A stretch of 63,402 nt of DNA, filler included, from Octopus bimaculoides (Eukaryota), in the NCBI RefSeq assembly GCF_001194135.2. It is 4 parts of 4 records of this genome, joined end to end, with 100 filler letters (N's around TTAATTAATTAA, not from the genome) between each part and the next. Parts side by side here need not be neighbours in the genome. Positions count along the whole stretch, not along the records: positions 39,406 to 60,779 come from NC_068983.1; 3 more parts are not named here. One strand, 5' to 3'. Position 1 is the first letter of the stretch; each line of letters starts with the position of its first letter. The notes under the pieces were generated by a model. That model was not told the DNA's origin and searched no databases. It saw nothing but the letters and a program-made list of their open reading frames with translations. Below are positions 46,581-60,660 of this stretch, piece by piece. A program made the position numbers and the translations under genes.

Positions 46581-48721
46581 TATACATATTGTAGAAAGGA
46601 TATTTAATCAATCGCCTGATTTAAAATCACCACCATTACCACCTCTTGGACTCTTGGTATCATTAGCAGAGTTCAGTCTGTTTTAAGTATTCAGGCTAGT
46701 TCTTTCGGTTTGAGGATAACTTCCAGCCCCGTTTCTCTTAGAAAAGGGGACACCGACGCTGACCTACCCTTCTGACTTTACTACTGAAAATTAAAAGAAA
46801 AACAGAAAAGGGTGAGTAAATTTATTAGTACGAAACTAACCATGCAAATAAAATAATGGCTCTAAACGATTGCACTTCTGAGATTGAATCAATCCAAAGC
46901 ATTTGTCGGTTTTTAATCAACTTATAGCAGTGATGGGTACCGGATTGTTGTGAAAACACCCACAGAAATATTTCCTTAGTAGCACCTCTAATCGGCCGTA
47001 AAAGGTTAATGGAACACAGATGATTGTTGTGACCTGACGACAGAATCTGTGATTATCTTTTCTAACCGATTCCTCTTTATTTCTAAGTTGCAATCCTCTT
47101 TGGAAAATTAGTATTGTAATTCTCTATAGACCTAAACATTCATTAGAGATCTTATGCTTTCCCATATTTCCAATCACATAAAAAACATTTTTACTCCGCT
47201 TAATATGTTCCTTTGTGACTGACTATAGATTTCTAAATGTTACCAGACGTCTCCATAAATCATTTTGCTTTTATTATGATTTTTCTTTCATTCTCTTTCA
47301 TTCATTCTTTCTTTCTTTCATTCTTTCTTTCTTTCATTCTTTCTTTCTTTCTTTCTCTTTTTTTCATTCTTTCTTTCTTTTTTTAATGTATTATTTGTAG
47401 TATTTTTCTTCTCTGTCTTCCAATGAATGCATGTGATGATAATTTCATAGTTGACCTTTAAGATATCACTCCTAGCACGTGAATGGTCGAGCTCATATCT
47501 TTGTCGCTTTATCGTCTTGGCTGGTTGAAGCCAAAATATTTAGCGTGTTGCTTATATGTCAAAGGGCACAGACAATTTTGCCCTCACAAATCGATTCCTA
47601 ATGGTTGGGATGCATAAAATAAACAGGGAGCTATTAGATACGACAAGCCGAGTGGGTACATCGATGCAAAAAAAACAAAAAAACAAAAAAAAAAAAACAG
47701 AAAATGTAATCGTTTTTGTTATTTTTCATAAATTTTACTAAAAAGAAATAAAATAGACACAAAAGCTAATTCATTTTCGCTCTCCGTTTTCTATTATTTT
47801 ATTCAATTTTTTTTGTTTTGTTTTCTATTAGCATAGATATGTTTTTCCAGAAATTGATTGCTGCTAATTAAATGCAAACAATTTTTTTTATTTATTTGTT
47901 TATTTATGTATTATTGTCATTGTTGTTTTGATTCTTTTACTGTTAGGATGAAACAGTATCTGGAGTTGTTAGAGTGACACATTAATAAATATCTCAATAT
48001 GAGACACAGTGAGTCATAAAACCGATGCTGCATTCGGTGCGGAGTACAGAACTTAAAAACAGCTGAGAGAATAAACCCCAACGACTTACAATAAACTCTA
48101 CCAACCTCAAGCATGGCAGCTAGCATTTATAAAAGACCAGCTATTTATATTCCAGTTGAAAAAGCCATGCCTATAGAATTAAGAATAAGTGATTTCGGAG
48201 AAAATATGATGGCTGTTTCAAGTAGATCAGTAGACAATATAAAGTACCGTTCGTTAACTTGACTTTTCTGTTGGTAACTTTCCTCTAACCATGACATGTA
48301 TGCCTAAGAGTGCTTTACAATTAATTAGAAATTAGTTTGGGGTTATGAACAGTGATCTTGTGAACTGAATAAAACTGGCTGAAACGAACGTATATGTCCA
48401 GGTAGCTGGACATCCTTGTAACTTGTTTGCTTTTTATTCACCTAACTTCGAGCTGCGCAGGCTATACCAAACTGGCCTGGTGCCTAAATTTAAGTACCTA
48501 GTTCATCTGAGTCTTAATTATTTTGCTTGACAACCGATGCTGGTGTGTTTAAGACCCCCCGTAACTTAGCGGTTCGGCAAAATAAACCGATTGAATAAGT
48601 ACTAGGCTTACAAAGAATAAGTCCTGAGGTTGATTTGCTCGACTAAAGGTGGTGCTCCAGCATGGCCGCAGTCAAATGACTGTAAGAAATAAAATAAAAG
48701 AATATATGTGTATATGTGTGC

Positions 48722-48777
<56 letters not shown>

Positions 48778-48999
48778 ACTCTAAAATATTCGTATGTGAG
48801 AGTAATACACACACACACACACACACATATACGAATGTATGTATATGTACATACATTCGTGCATGAGTGGATTTGGTAGACGGAAACGGAAAGAAGCTTG
48901 TCATATATATATATATATATATACTTCTAAATACTACACAATATATAAAGACTACCACTCTATATAGCAAAGAACTTATTCTATAGAACATTGTCATTA

Positions 49000-49315
49000 G
49001 TTCATCCATCTTTGTCGATGATGACCAAGGATGTCATATGGGAGAAGAAAACGGGACATAATGTGTCCGGTTGTGGTCGATCTGCCCGAAGCGTATTTGG
49101 AAAGTTCTGTTGCAGGTCGGACACTGGTGGTCGGCTGGGACTGAAGATGAGGAGTCGGCCCTGAACTTGCGCAGTTCGCGTTTTCTTTGTGCCCCTGCAA
49201 TCTTATTCTGTTCGTCGAAGGTGGCACCTTTGTTGGTGCAGCTTCTCCAAGCTGAGCAATCTTGCACTTGCGTTTCCCAGGTGTCAGGATTGATCCCAAA
49301 GTTCTTCATACAACA
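49000..49315 (-). mobile_element. RTE/BovB-type LINE 3' end
   Basis: LKNFGINPDTWET..QD.SAWR.....GA..DE...........C.TCNR.F....G...H.RTH terminal zinc-finger. Confidence 0.88.
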
Positions 49316-49369
49316 CTACAAACTAATCTCCTGCATAAAATTCCCAGATCACACGAAACACCCAACATT

Positions 49370-49990
49370 CCCAGAAAACAACAGCATCCGACTTCTTGTC
49401 TTGTCTTGTTCCAAGGATCTCTCTTGGAACAAATATGTTTAGTCCATTGCCATTGCAACCGCCAAGAACGTCGGATCTCTCTTCCATGCAAGCAAATTTC
49501 TTACGCCTGACTGTATCTTATATCTCTATAAGGCTATCATTCGACTTTGCATTGAATATTGCTGTTAACTTTTGGCTGTTGCCTCCTCTAAGTGTTATTA
49601 CTTGACTTCAGCGAATTCAGTATCGAGTTGTTAGAATGGTGGATCTTTTTCCCACTAAGTTGGAGTCTTTAGTTCACCGTTGAAATGTATCTTCGTTGTG
49701 TTTTTTCAATAGATATTTCTATAAGTATTTCCATAGTCTTTGCCTTAACGACCTCCCTGGTCCAGTACTCTTTATCAAGACCTTTAGACCTGTTACTCGC
49801 TTCTCTTCCAAGACACATCGTTTCTCTGTTGCATTTCATATTAGTCACAAGCCCATTATTTTAACAGCTTATTTCCTCGAACTGGTGATGCCCTCTGGAA
49901 CTCACAACCATTGTCCTGTTTCCCTCTATGTTTATGATATTCAATCCTTTAAGATTTCAACCAATCAACATCTTTTGAATTTATAGGCCC
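49370..49990 (+). mobile_element. Jockey/CR1-group LINE 3' part
   Basis: DLSWNKYV.SIA..TAKNVGSLF...KFLTP..ILYLYKAIIR.CIEYCC; L.HR.NVSSL..F.RY; FPRT..LWN; FK...N. Confidence 0.85.
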
Positions 49991-50833
49991 CTTCTTTTCG
50001 TATTGTATATTCCCTTATGCTAAGCGATCTCAACACTTCTTTGGAATAAAATCGTATAGAAAAGAACAACACTGCCAATGATAATATGAGTAAATGATAC
50101 CACCACCACCACCACCACCACCNNNNNNNNNNNNNNNNNNNNNNNNNNNNNNNNNNNNNNNNNNNNNNNNNNNNNNNNNNNNNNNNNNNNNNNNNNNNNN
50201 NNNNNNNNNNNNNNNNNNNNNNNNNNNNNNNNNNNNNNNNNNNNNNNNNNNNNNNNNNNNNNNNNNNNNNNNNNNNNNNNNNNNNNNNNNNNNNNNNNNN
50301 NNNNNNNNNNNNNNNNNNNNNNNNNNNNNNNNNNNNNNNNNNNNNNNNNNNNNNNNNNNNNNNNNNNNNNNNNNNNNNNNNNNNNNNNNNNNNNNNNNNN
50401 NNNNNNNNNNNNNNNNNNNNNNNNNNNNNNNNNNNNNNNNNNNNNNNNNNNNNNNNNNNNNNNNNNNNNNNNNNNNNNNNNNNNNNNNNNNNNNNNNNNN
50501 NNNNNNNNNNNNNNNNNNNNNNNNNNNNNNNNNNNNNNNNNNNNNNNNNNNNNNNNNNNNNNNNNNNNNNNNNNNNNNNNNNNNNNNNNNNNNNNNNNNN
50601 NNNNNNNNNNNNNNNNNNNNNNNNNNNNNNNNNNNNNNNNNNNNNNNNNNNNNNNNNNNNNNNNNNNNNNNNNNNNNNNNNNNNNNNNNNNNNNNNNNNN
50701 NNNNNNNNNNNNNNNNNNNNNNNNNNNNNNNNNNNNNNNNNNNNNNNNNNNNNNNNNNNNNNNNNNNNNNNNNNNNNNNNNNNNNNNNNNNNNNNNNNNN
50801 NNNNNNNNNNNNNNNNNNNNNNNNNNNNNNNNN

Positions 50834-50869
<36 letters not shown>

Positions 50870-51454
50870 ATATACATACATGTATGCATACATACAGAAA
50901 GACATATGCACACACATATATGTATATGTGTGTTTGTGTGGTCATATGTATGTGTGTACAGATACACACACGCACGTACAGAGATAGACAGACAAATACA
51001 CAGACATATAGATATATAGATAAATTAAGGATAGTCTGAAAGAGTGAAACGGTTTGTGTGATAGTGGGTGGGAGGGAGAGAAAAATTGGGCCACACACAC
51101 ACACGCACACACACACACAACACACAACACACAATACACATACACACACACACACACATAAACGCACACACGCACATATATACAGAGGGAGTCAGACAGA
51201 CACAGACAGACAGGCTGACAGCAAAAAAATATGGAAAACAAATGGAAGAAGCGGAGATAAGTCTCAGAGGATTTGGTTAATTCCTATCATTAATGCCAAG
51301 TGTGAAGTGTATCGGTGTTGTGCAGTTTCATGGTGCAAAAGGTTATATCAGACATAACGTTTATGCTGAACGACAAAACATGGAGGAGAAAACCATGCAA
51401 AATGAATACGTTAAAAACCTCTAAAAGTTTGGCTTATGAACGTATGTGTGAATA

Positions 51455-51498
<44 letters not shown>

Positions 51499-51756
51499 AT
51501 GAATTTACTTATTTATATGCCTCACATGTACGTCGTATATATTGTTTTGCTTATGTGTATATAATTTATACATTGATATAGTTTGGCACACACATGCGCG
51601 CGTGGACATACAAAAGTCCCATGGGTGGTGTTACTTGATATTTTTACTTCAAAAGGGGGTTTAAAATCTATCGAAATTCAGCTAATTTCTTTTTCTTTAT
51701 TTTTCCGACGGATGTATGTTCTGGTCCCAAAATATTGCATGAGGCCTTTTGAGTAT

Positions 51757-51821
<65 letters not shown>

Positions 51822-52077
51822 NNNNNNNNNNNNNNNNNNNNNNNNNNNNNNNNNNNNNNNNNNNNNNNNNNNNNNNNNNNNNNNNNNNNNNNNNNNNNNN
51901 NNNNNNNNNNNNNNNNNNNNNNNNNNNNNNNNNNNNNNNNNNNNNNNNNNNNNNNNNNNNNNNNNNNNNNNNNNNNNNNNNNNNNNNNNNNNNNNNNNNN
52001 NNNNNNNNNNNNNNNNNNNNNNNNNNNNNNNNNNNNNNNTATATATATAATATACATATATTATATATATATACTTG

Positions 52078-52108
<31 letters not shown>

Positions 52109-52462
52109 CATACATATATTAATAATATCAGGGTAAGAAATAATTTTAGAAATTTCTACTACCAGTGGCCTAGCGTGTAGAAAAATTAGTCAGTAGACTA
52201 TATATTATTCATATAAATACAGGGTACATTTAAACACATAAGAGGTAACCATCATAAGAAACCAGGTATCCTATGATGGTTATCTCTTACGTGTTTAAAT
52301 ATAAACTGTATTTATATAATATATATATATATAAATATATATATATATATGTATATGTATATGTATATATATATATTTATATGTAAATTCATATATATCT
52401 GTATATATGTGAATACTAGCTTATTTGTGTATGTACATATGTATGTATCTATCTGTTAATCT

Positions 52463-52508
<46 letters not shown>

Positions 52509-52723
52509 GGATAGATAGATACACTAGTTTATTTGCATATCTATATATGCGCAGAGGTGGCTGTGGGGGTAAAAAGTTTGGTTCCCAAGAACACTATTCT
52601 GGGTTCTGTCTCACTGCGTAGCGCATTGGCCAAGCGTCTTCAACTATAGCCTTGGACCAACCAAAACATTGTGAGTGGATTTGGTAAACGGAAACTGAAA
52701 GAATCCATCGCGTGCGTGTGTGC

Positions 52724-52780
<57 letters not shown>

Positions 52781-53568
52781 NNNNNNNNNNNNNNNNNNNN
52801 NNNNNNNNNNNNNNNNNNNNNNNNNNNNNNNNNNNNNNNNNNNNNNNNNNNNNNNNNNNNNNNNNNNNNNNNNNNNNNNNNNNNNNNNNNNNNNNNNNNN
52901 NNNNNNNNNNNNNNNNNNNNNNNNNNNNNNNNNNNNNNNNNNNNNNNNNNNNNNNNNNNNNNNNNNNNNNNNNNNNNNNNNNNNNNNNNNNNNNNNNNNN
53001 NNNNNNNNNNNNNNNNNNNNNNNNNNNNNNNNNNNNNNNNNNNNNNNNNNNNNNNNNNNNNNNNNNNNNNNNNNNNNNNNNNNNNNNNNNNNNNNNNNNN
53101 NNNNNNNNNNNNNNNNNNNNNNNNNNNNNNNNNNNNNNNNNNNNNNNNNNNNNNNNNNNNNNNNNNNNNNNNNNNNNNNNNNNNNNNNNNNNNNNNNNNN
53201 NNNNNNNNNNNNNNNNNNNNNNNNNNNNNNNNNNNNNNNNNNNNNNNNNNNNNNNNNNNNNNNNNNNNNNNNNNNNNNNNNNNNNNNNNNNNNNNNNNNN
53301 NNNNNNNNNNNNNNNNNNNNNNNNNNNNNNNNNNNNNNNNNNNNNNNNNNNNNNNNNNNNNNNNNNNNNNNNNNNNNNNNNNNNNNNNNNNNNNNNNNNN
53401 NNNNNNNNNNNNNNNNNNNNNNNNNNNNNNNNNNNNNNNNNNNNNNNNNNNNNNNNNNNNNNNNNNNNNNNNNNNNNNNNNNNNNNNNNNNNNNNNNNNN
53501 NNNNNNGTGATGGAGAATTATTTCCTTTTTGGCTTTGAATTGTGTTTAGCCACCTTAATTACAATATA

Positions 53569-53601
<33 letters not shown>

Positions 53602-55274
53602 TAGGGATAAAAATCCAAATTTACCGGTAAAAACTGAATTAAATTCAAATTATCAAAAATTAAAATTAAATTAAGTTTCACAGTGTATAATATATAATAT
53701 ATTTTATGATTAGTACTTTGTATTTACTTATTAAATTTTCTTATATGTGACTGTAGATTTTCATGGATGAGTTCATGAACTTTGGTTCTTTTCTCTAAAT
53801 TATATATTTATATATAAAATATATGCATACATTCACATGTATAAAATATACATATATATATATACTTGTGTGTACGATGCCTGTGAAGTCACTGTTTTGG
53901 ACGAACACCACCGCAGCCCCAATCAAGTATAATTATCTAACATTTAATGAAGTTTTGTATTTTTGCTGGGGTTGATCGTCACGATACATCAGTTATTGTG
54001 TGTGAATCCTGGCACTTGTGCTGACTTTCCTAGTTTGAGTTATGTATTGTCCATGCAACTGAAAGGGTTACGTACAAGAAGCGTCTTTGATACGCTGATA
54101 TGTACAGTGGTTGTATATTTGCACTGTTAAAAAGGGGTTAGGTTGTCCTGTTCCCATTAAGCCGTATCTTCACATCTAGAGCTTAGTGGGCATGTGGATG
54201 ACGCCTGTATAAGGAAAGTTAAATAGGAGTGAAGGGTGATATCATGGACATCTGAGCGTGCGCTGTGTGTTGTTAAAAGTGACAGATTGCTATTAATCTC
54301 GCAAGTCTGGTGGATGTTTGTACACCAGTCTCGTATCAAACGATTTGGGTCATTTAACAATTTTCTTTACTGGATTATGTGCATATATCACTATCAGTGT
54401 TAAGTGTGTATTTAAAACTGAAAGCAACGCAGAAGCGGGTACTTACCTGGATATTTCATATATGAAAACACTCAAAACTCAGATGATGAAATGATGACTC
54501 GCATGTATATATATATATATATATATATATNNNNNNNNNNNNNNNNNNNNNNNNNNNNNNNNNNNNNNNNNNNNNNNNNNNNNNNNNNNNNNNNNNNNNN
54601 NNNNNNNNNNNNNNNNNNNNNNNNNNNNNNNNNNNNNNNNNNNNNNNNNNNNNNNNNNNNNNNNNNNNNNNNNNNNNNNNNNNNNNNNNNNNNNNNNNNN
54701 NNNNNNNNNNNNNNNNNNNNNNNNNNNNNNNNNNNNNNNNNNNNNNNNNNNNNNNNNNNNNNNNNNNNNNNNNNNNNNNNNNNNNNNNNNNNNNNNNNNN
54801 NNNNNNNNNNNNNNNNNNNNNNNNNNNNNNNNNNNNNNNNNNNNNNNNNNNNNNNNNNNNNNNNNNNNNNNNNNNNNNNNNNNNNNNNNNNNNNNNNNNN
54901 NNNNNNNNNNNNNNNNNNNNNNNNNNNNNNNNNNNNNNNNNNNNNNNNNNNNNNNNNNNNNNNNNNNNNNNNNNNNNNNNNNNNNNNNNNNNNNNNNNNN
55001 NNNNNNNNNNNNNNNNNNNNNNNNNNAAGTTCTTTCTAAGATAGGAGAGTGAAAAAGGGAGATGAATATCTGTGCGTGTGCGAAAGTCTGCGAGTGTGTG
55101 TGTGATAACAGAACGTGTGTGTGCGTATGTATGTGTGTGTGTGTGTGTGTGTGTGCATGGTTTGGTGGTTTATCTGTTAGTGTGTTTGTGTGTGTGTGTG
55201 TGTGTATGACGTAGTGGAAGAAATTAGTAGCAGGACTGGTTAGTGGACGCTATGTATGTATGCATGTATGTATG

Positions 55275-55313
<39 letters not shown>

Positions 55314-55715
55314 GTACGTATAATTTTAAATTTGGGTATCCACCTTGTAGCATGCCGCTTAAAGCCCGTTCTCTGTAGTCGGTTACCTGATATCATCATC
55401 AGAATGGATATAAACGCCACTGGATTTACTTCAGGAATTACTTCGTGTCCGTGGGGTTTTATAAGATATGAGATAAAGAGAAAGAAAATGGGAAAAGGAA
55501 AAAGAAAGTACGTTAAAGGTACGCGTCTCAGCCACTTGTAAATTAATTTCACAAGTAGACTATTCCGTTGATCGGATCAGCTGGAACACTCGTCGTCGTA
55601 ACCGAAAAAATGGTACTTTATACATACATACATACATACATACATACATACATACATACATACATACATACATGCATGCATACATACATACAAACATACA
55701 TACATGCATACATAC

Positions 55716-55835
55716 AAGCAAAAATACCCTATTGTTGATGTTGAAATTCCAATGAAGGAACCTTGGATCTAGGTTAGAAACCGGTTCTTTCTCTATTGAC
55801 AAGAAATCTTGAAATAAACTGAATAATGACATACA
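55716..55835 (+). mobile_element. Short 3'-UTR-like element embedded in (ACAT)n
   Basis: ATGAAGGAACC...GAAACCGGTTC...TGAATAATGACATACATAC; shares GGA(A/G)CC...GAAACCGG(C/T)TC with 56170-56240. Confidence 0.6.
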
Positions 55836-55859
55836 TACATATGTATGTACCATTATAAA

Positions 55860-56250
55860 GGTCAGCTGTCCTGCAGATATAAATATCTCTTTGAAAATCA
55901 AAGAAAAAAAGGACATCTATGGTCAACTACTTCGAAACCTCCAGCTTCTATATCCAAACTATGAATTCATATTCATACCAATAATAATTGGAACACTAAG
56001 TTTTATTAGTAAATGTTTAAAGGAGAATCTGGATAAACTGGGATTTTCAGAAAGAGAAATCGACCGGCTGATTCGTGCATTACAAGTGCAATCTGTGAGT
56101 GCAACAGTAAAAATATGCAAGACTTTTCTCAAGTTCCAAATGTGAATTTGTCTGTGTGAACTACATCCCAAAGATGGAGCCTTCTATCTTTGATGGAAAC
56201 CGGCTCCCTCCTCAATGGAAGATTTATGATAATTAAAAAAATAGAAGAGA
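55860..56250 (+). mobile_element. RLE-type (R2/R4/NeSL group) LINE 3' end
   Basis: IIKVSCPADIN...KEK.D.Y..L...L..LYP......PIIIGTL......L...LGF......L......VK..K..L matches the RLE C-terminus; begins after (ACAT)n. Confidence 0.75.
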
Positions 56251-57319
56251 CGTACATATAATGGGATTCCTCATAGTTTCTGTCTACCAAATCCAATCAC
56301 AAAGCTTTAGTCGATCCGGAGCTATAGAAGAAGACGCATGCCCAAGGTGCCGCGCAGTGAAGCTGAGCCCGAAACTTCATGATTGTACAAAGATCGTCTT
56401 AATCACTCAGCCATGTCTGCGCCTCAAGTTGTTGGTTTTTTTTCTTGCGGGAGAGGGCAGGTCTCCTGCTGCAGATGCTTCTGCTGTTGTATATTAATCC
56501 CCTTTATTAGAGTTACTGACGGGAGATTAAGTATTGCAGTTTCGATCGCTGAGTTGACGTAGGATCATTGCTGTTATTGTCGATGTCTTTATCTGTTGTG
56601 TAACCGCCAAGTTAGCCCTGGTCGACCAAATCTATCATCGAAAGCAGCATTGCAGTGATGACCTTCCATTCTCTCTTCTTTCTAGATTACGTTATCCAAT
56701 ACAGGCACGTCAAACATGCAGCCCTTCTCAAACACAAGTACGACCCGCGAAAGGGGTAGCCAGGGGTTTAAAAATGGGGAAGCCCCAAAATATTTTTAAT
56801 AATAAAAATAATTAATAGTAATTTAATTAATGAAAATAGGATTATTAATGAGCAAATAAGAGGTTTTAACAGATTTCTACTTAATACTAATTGATATGAA
56901 GGAAATCTTTGTTGCGAACATGTGTTTAAAAATATGCAGGTCCCCATGGCAACATGTATATGAGCAATGCGGCCCATTGAGACTCTGCACTTCGTGATTC
57001 CTAATGTTTTCTTCTTCTGCTATTGTTATCGTGCATTTAATCACATCTGGCCTTATACAGATGACACCAACCAAGCTTCCTCATTATCGTTGACAGGCGT
57101 TGCTCGTAGCTAAGTGAGACATATGTTTACATGTATGAACAGAGAACTACTGGAAAGACATGCTGAGAAGAATATACAGCAGCCATGTTCTTCCCATCCA
57201 TATGGTTCATGGTTTGGTCCCACTGCGTGGAACTTATAGCAAGTGTCTTCTATTGTAGTCCCTGGACGACCAAAGACTTGCGAGTGGATTTGGTAGGCGA
57301 AAACTCAAAAGACCCCGTC

Positions 57320-57361
<42 letters not shown>

Positions 57362-57774
57362 CAAAGAATATATATACATGTATACACACATATATGTACA
57401 TACTTACATCTACATGTGTATATATATGCATATCAGGGTACAGGACGTTAGAACAATAAACTACAGACAACGGAACGAACACATAGGAAAACGGAAAGCC
57501 ACTTGGAATATCCCTTCATCAGCTGTCTCTATTCTNNNNNNNNNNNNNNNNNNNNNNNNNNNNNNNNNNNNNNNNNNNNNNNNNNNNNNNNNNNNNNNNN
57601 NNNNNNNNNNNNNNNNNNNNNNNNNNNNNNNNNNNNNNNNNNNNNNNNNNNNNNNNNNNNNNNNNNNNNNNNNNNNNNNNNNNNNNNNNNNNNNNNNNNN
57701 NNNNNNNNNNNNNNNNNNNNNNNNNNNNNNNNNNNNNNNNNNNNNNNNNNNNNNNNNNNNNNNNNNNNNNNNAT

Positions 57775-58193
57775 AGGCACAGGAGTGGCTGTGTGGTAAG
57801 AAGTTTGCTTCCCAACCACATGGTTCCGGGTTCAGTCCAACTGCGTGGCATCTTGGACAAGTGTCTTCTACTATAGCCTCGGGACGATCAAAGCCTTGTG
57901 AGTCGATTTGGTAGACAGAAACTGAAAGAAGCTCGTCGCATGTATATATATGTATATGTATATGTGTGTGTATGCATTTGTGTGTCTGTGTTTATCCTAC
58001 CACCATCGCTTGACAACCGATATTGGTGTGTTTACGTCCTCATAACTTAGCAGTTCGATGAAGAGACCGATAGAAGAAGTACTAGGCTTACAACGAATAA
58101 GTCCTGGGGTCGATTTGTTCGGCTAAAGGCGGTACTCCAGCATGGCCGCAGTGAAACGACTGAAACAAGTAAAAGAATGAAAGAACAAAAGAA

Positions 58194-58195
<2 letters not shown>
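57775..58195 (+). mobile_element. Family A SINE, full length
   Basis: Complete head, microsatellite and tail structure. Confidence 0.9.
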
Positions 58196-58231
<36 letters not shown>

Positions 58232-58790
58232 TGTGTGTGTGTGTGAAGTTAATTAATTAACTTCAGTGATATATCTATTTAAATATACTAATTTTACACG
58301 CCTATTTGTATACAATAATGTAGATCATAGTAATTTTCTCGGTCCTAATTCGGCCAGCACAGGAACGTCTATGCTTCGCTGAAGAGGTGTGATAAGATCA
58401 AAACATGTACAGAGTTCTCTCCTCTGCTTGACAAACTGAAAGAAATAATACTAAGTACCTAACCAATGTTAACTTTTAACCATCACATAACTATTCCTCA
58501 TTAAATTTTCTGTGCTTGATACGTTATAGTTCACATTTATTTCACTTTTGTTTCGACGTATTTCATTCATAACACACTAACCATATATAACTCGTACAAA
58601 ACAGTTAGAGGTTTGGATCACAACAAATGCCTCGAGAAAATGCTACATTGTACTACACATAGTTTTATAAGTGAAATTACATTGTATTAATCCTTTTCGA
58701 CTTCAACTAAGTGTCGATAAGTATTAACAGTGAATTGAAAATTTATTAAAATTGGGCAGAGCCATTGAATATTACGATACCTTGTAAATG

Positions 58791-59382
58791 CAGTAATTCC
58801 TCGACTACCGCAGGTGCTACGTTCCATACCAACCCACGATAGGTGAAAATCCGCGAAGTAGAAGCAGTACTGTTTTTTTTATTATTTATGCGCTCTTTTA
58901 AAGCCTAGCTAGGCTCATGGGCCCGGTTTCCCGGTTTCTGTGGCGTATGTGTCCCCCCCCCCCGCAGCTGGACGGGACGCCAGACCAATCCAGCTTTACT
59001 CAAGAAACAGGAAGAAAGAGTGAGAGAAAGTTGGGGCGAAAGAGTACAACAGGGGTCGTCACCAACCCCTGCCGGAGCCTCGTGGAGCTTTAGGTGTTTT
59101 CGCCCAATAAACACACACAACGCCCGGTCTGGGAATCGAAACCGAGATCTTCTGACCACGAGTCCGCTTCCCTAACCACTGGGTCATTGCGCCTCCACAG
59201 AAGCAGTACTGTACTGTATATTTTTGTTGTTGTTATTTTTATAATTTGCATATATTTATTTCATTATAAATGCAAGACAACACCGTGGAGGAATCGACGT
59301 AAGCTTAACTAATAAACCGCGATAGGTGAACCGCGATAGGTGAACCGCGATAGGTGAACCACGATATGGCGAAGGATTACTG
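58791..59382. mobile_element. Tigger-like MITE with nested tRNA(Arg)-like SINE (58874-59198, minus)
   Basis: TIRs CAGTAATTCCTCG / CGAAGGATTACTG; SINE has a poly(A)-like tail and a 14-bp TSD AGAAGCAGTACTGT; right half also at 37210-37337. Confidence 0.8.
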
Positions 59383-59555
59383 TGCAAGGAAGATAACTAC
59401 ATATTTTTTCGCAAATATTGAATTTTCTTTTTTTTCTCCTTTTCCATCCTTTTGTTCACTTTCTTATTCTCTCTTCAGTTTCTCCCTAAATATGTCGCTC
59501 CCCTTTTCCCCGCTGTTCTCTCTCTATTTCTTTCTCTTTCTGTCTCTGTCAGTCA

Positions 59556-59589
<34 letters not shown>

Positions 59590-60144
59590 GTCTCTCTCTG
59601 CCTCACCTATTAAACTGTCAGCCTGTTACTGTTTCAATAGACACAGCTTGCAAAGTAGATAAAATATTTAATTAAACACCCAAACATCAGATATTACAAT
59701 AGACTTCTTTGATTTTACTTAATATCAAGCTATCGAAAAAAAAAAGAAAAGAAAAGAAAAATGTCTCCGGCTGATATAAACAGAATTTTTGTTACTTCCT
59801 CTCTTTTTGTCTCTCTTTCGGTCTTTCTTCCTTTCTTCCTTCTTTTCTTTCTTTCTTCCTGCACCTTGCTAGATATACAACAGGAGACCTGCCACATGCA
59901 AGCGTATATCCACACGTGTACACACATGCATCAACAGCTTATCAAACTTGCAGCACACATACAAGTACCTACCTGTCTATGAACGTAACACAAATACACT
60001 TCTTTTATGTTATACATCTTGTAAACAAGGGTTACAGCTATTATTTACATTATTTACACTATTTACTCCTTAAGATTTGAAGAGGCGTGTTGTCACTAAA
60101 ACTAAAAACAACGTAATTGTCAACTGATGTAGCGTGTAATAGCT

Positions 60145-60595
60145 TTAATAATAATGATAATAATGGTTTCGAATTTTGATACAAGGCCAGAAATTTTAGG
60201 GGGAAGCTGTTAGTCGAATGCATTGACCCCCCAGTGCTCAACTGTGCTTATTTTATAGATCGCGAAAGGATGAAAGGCAGAGGCGACAACGGCGGCGTTT
60301 GAACTCAGGACGTAAAGCCGGAAGAAATTCCACAAAGCATTTTGTCCGGTGTGTTAACTATTCCACCAGTAATAATAATAGTAATCCTTTCTACTGAAGG
60401 GACACGGCCTGAAATTTGGGGGTAGGGGACTAGTCGATTACATCGACCCCAATACTCAACTGGTACTTAATTTATCGACCCCGAAAGGATGAAAGTTGAC
60501 CTCGGCAGAATTTGAACTCAGAACGTAGCGACGGGCGAAATACCGCTAAGCACTTCGTCCAACGTTCTAATGATTTTGTCAGCTCACCGTCTTGG
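60145..60595 (-). mobile_element. Two tandem family B SINEs
   Basis: Reverse motifs with (AAT)n tails on plus. Confidence 0.85.
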
Positions 60596-60602
60596 CAATA
60601 TG

Positions 60603-60658
<56 letters not shown>

Positions 60659-60660
<2 letters not shown>

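Noticed and set aside
46660-46816. Exon-like segment ending in a strong GTGAGT donor
   Set aside because: All frames from candidate acceptors contain stops; a non-coding exon cannot be shown from sequence alone.
53870-54360. Possible decayed LINE 3' end on minus strand
   Set aside because: Peptide fragments are too broken to assign to any clade.
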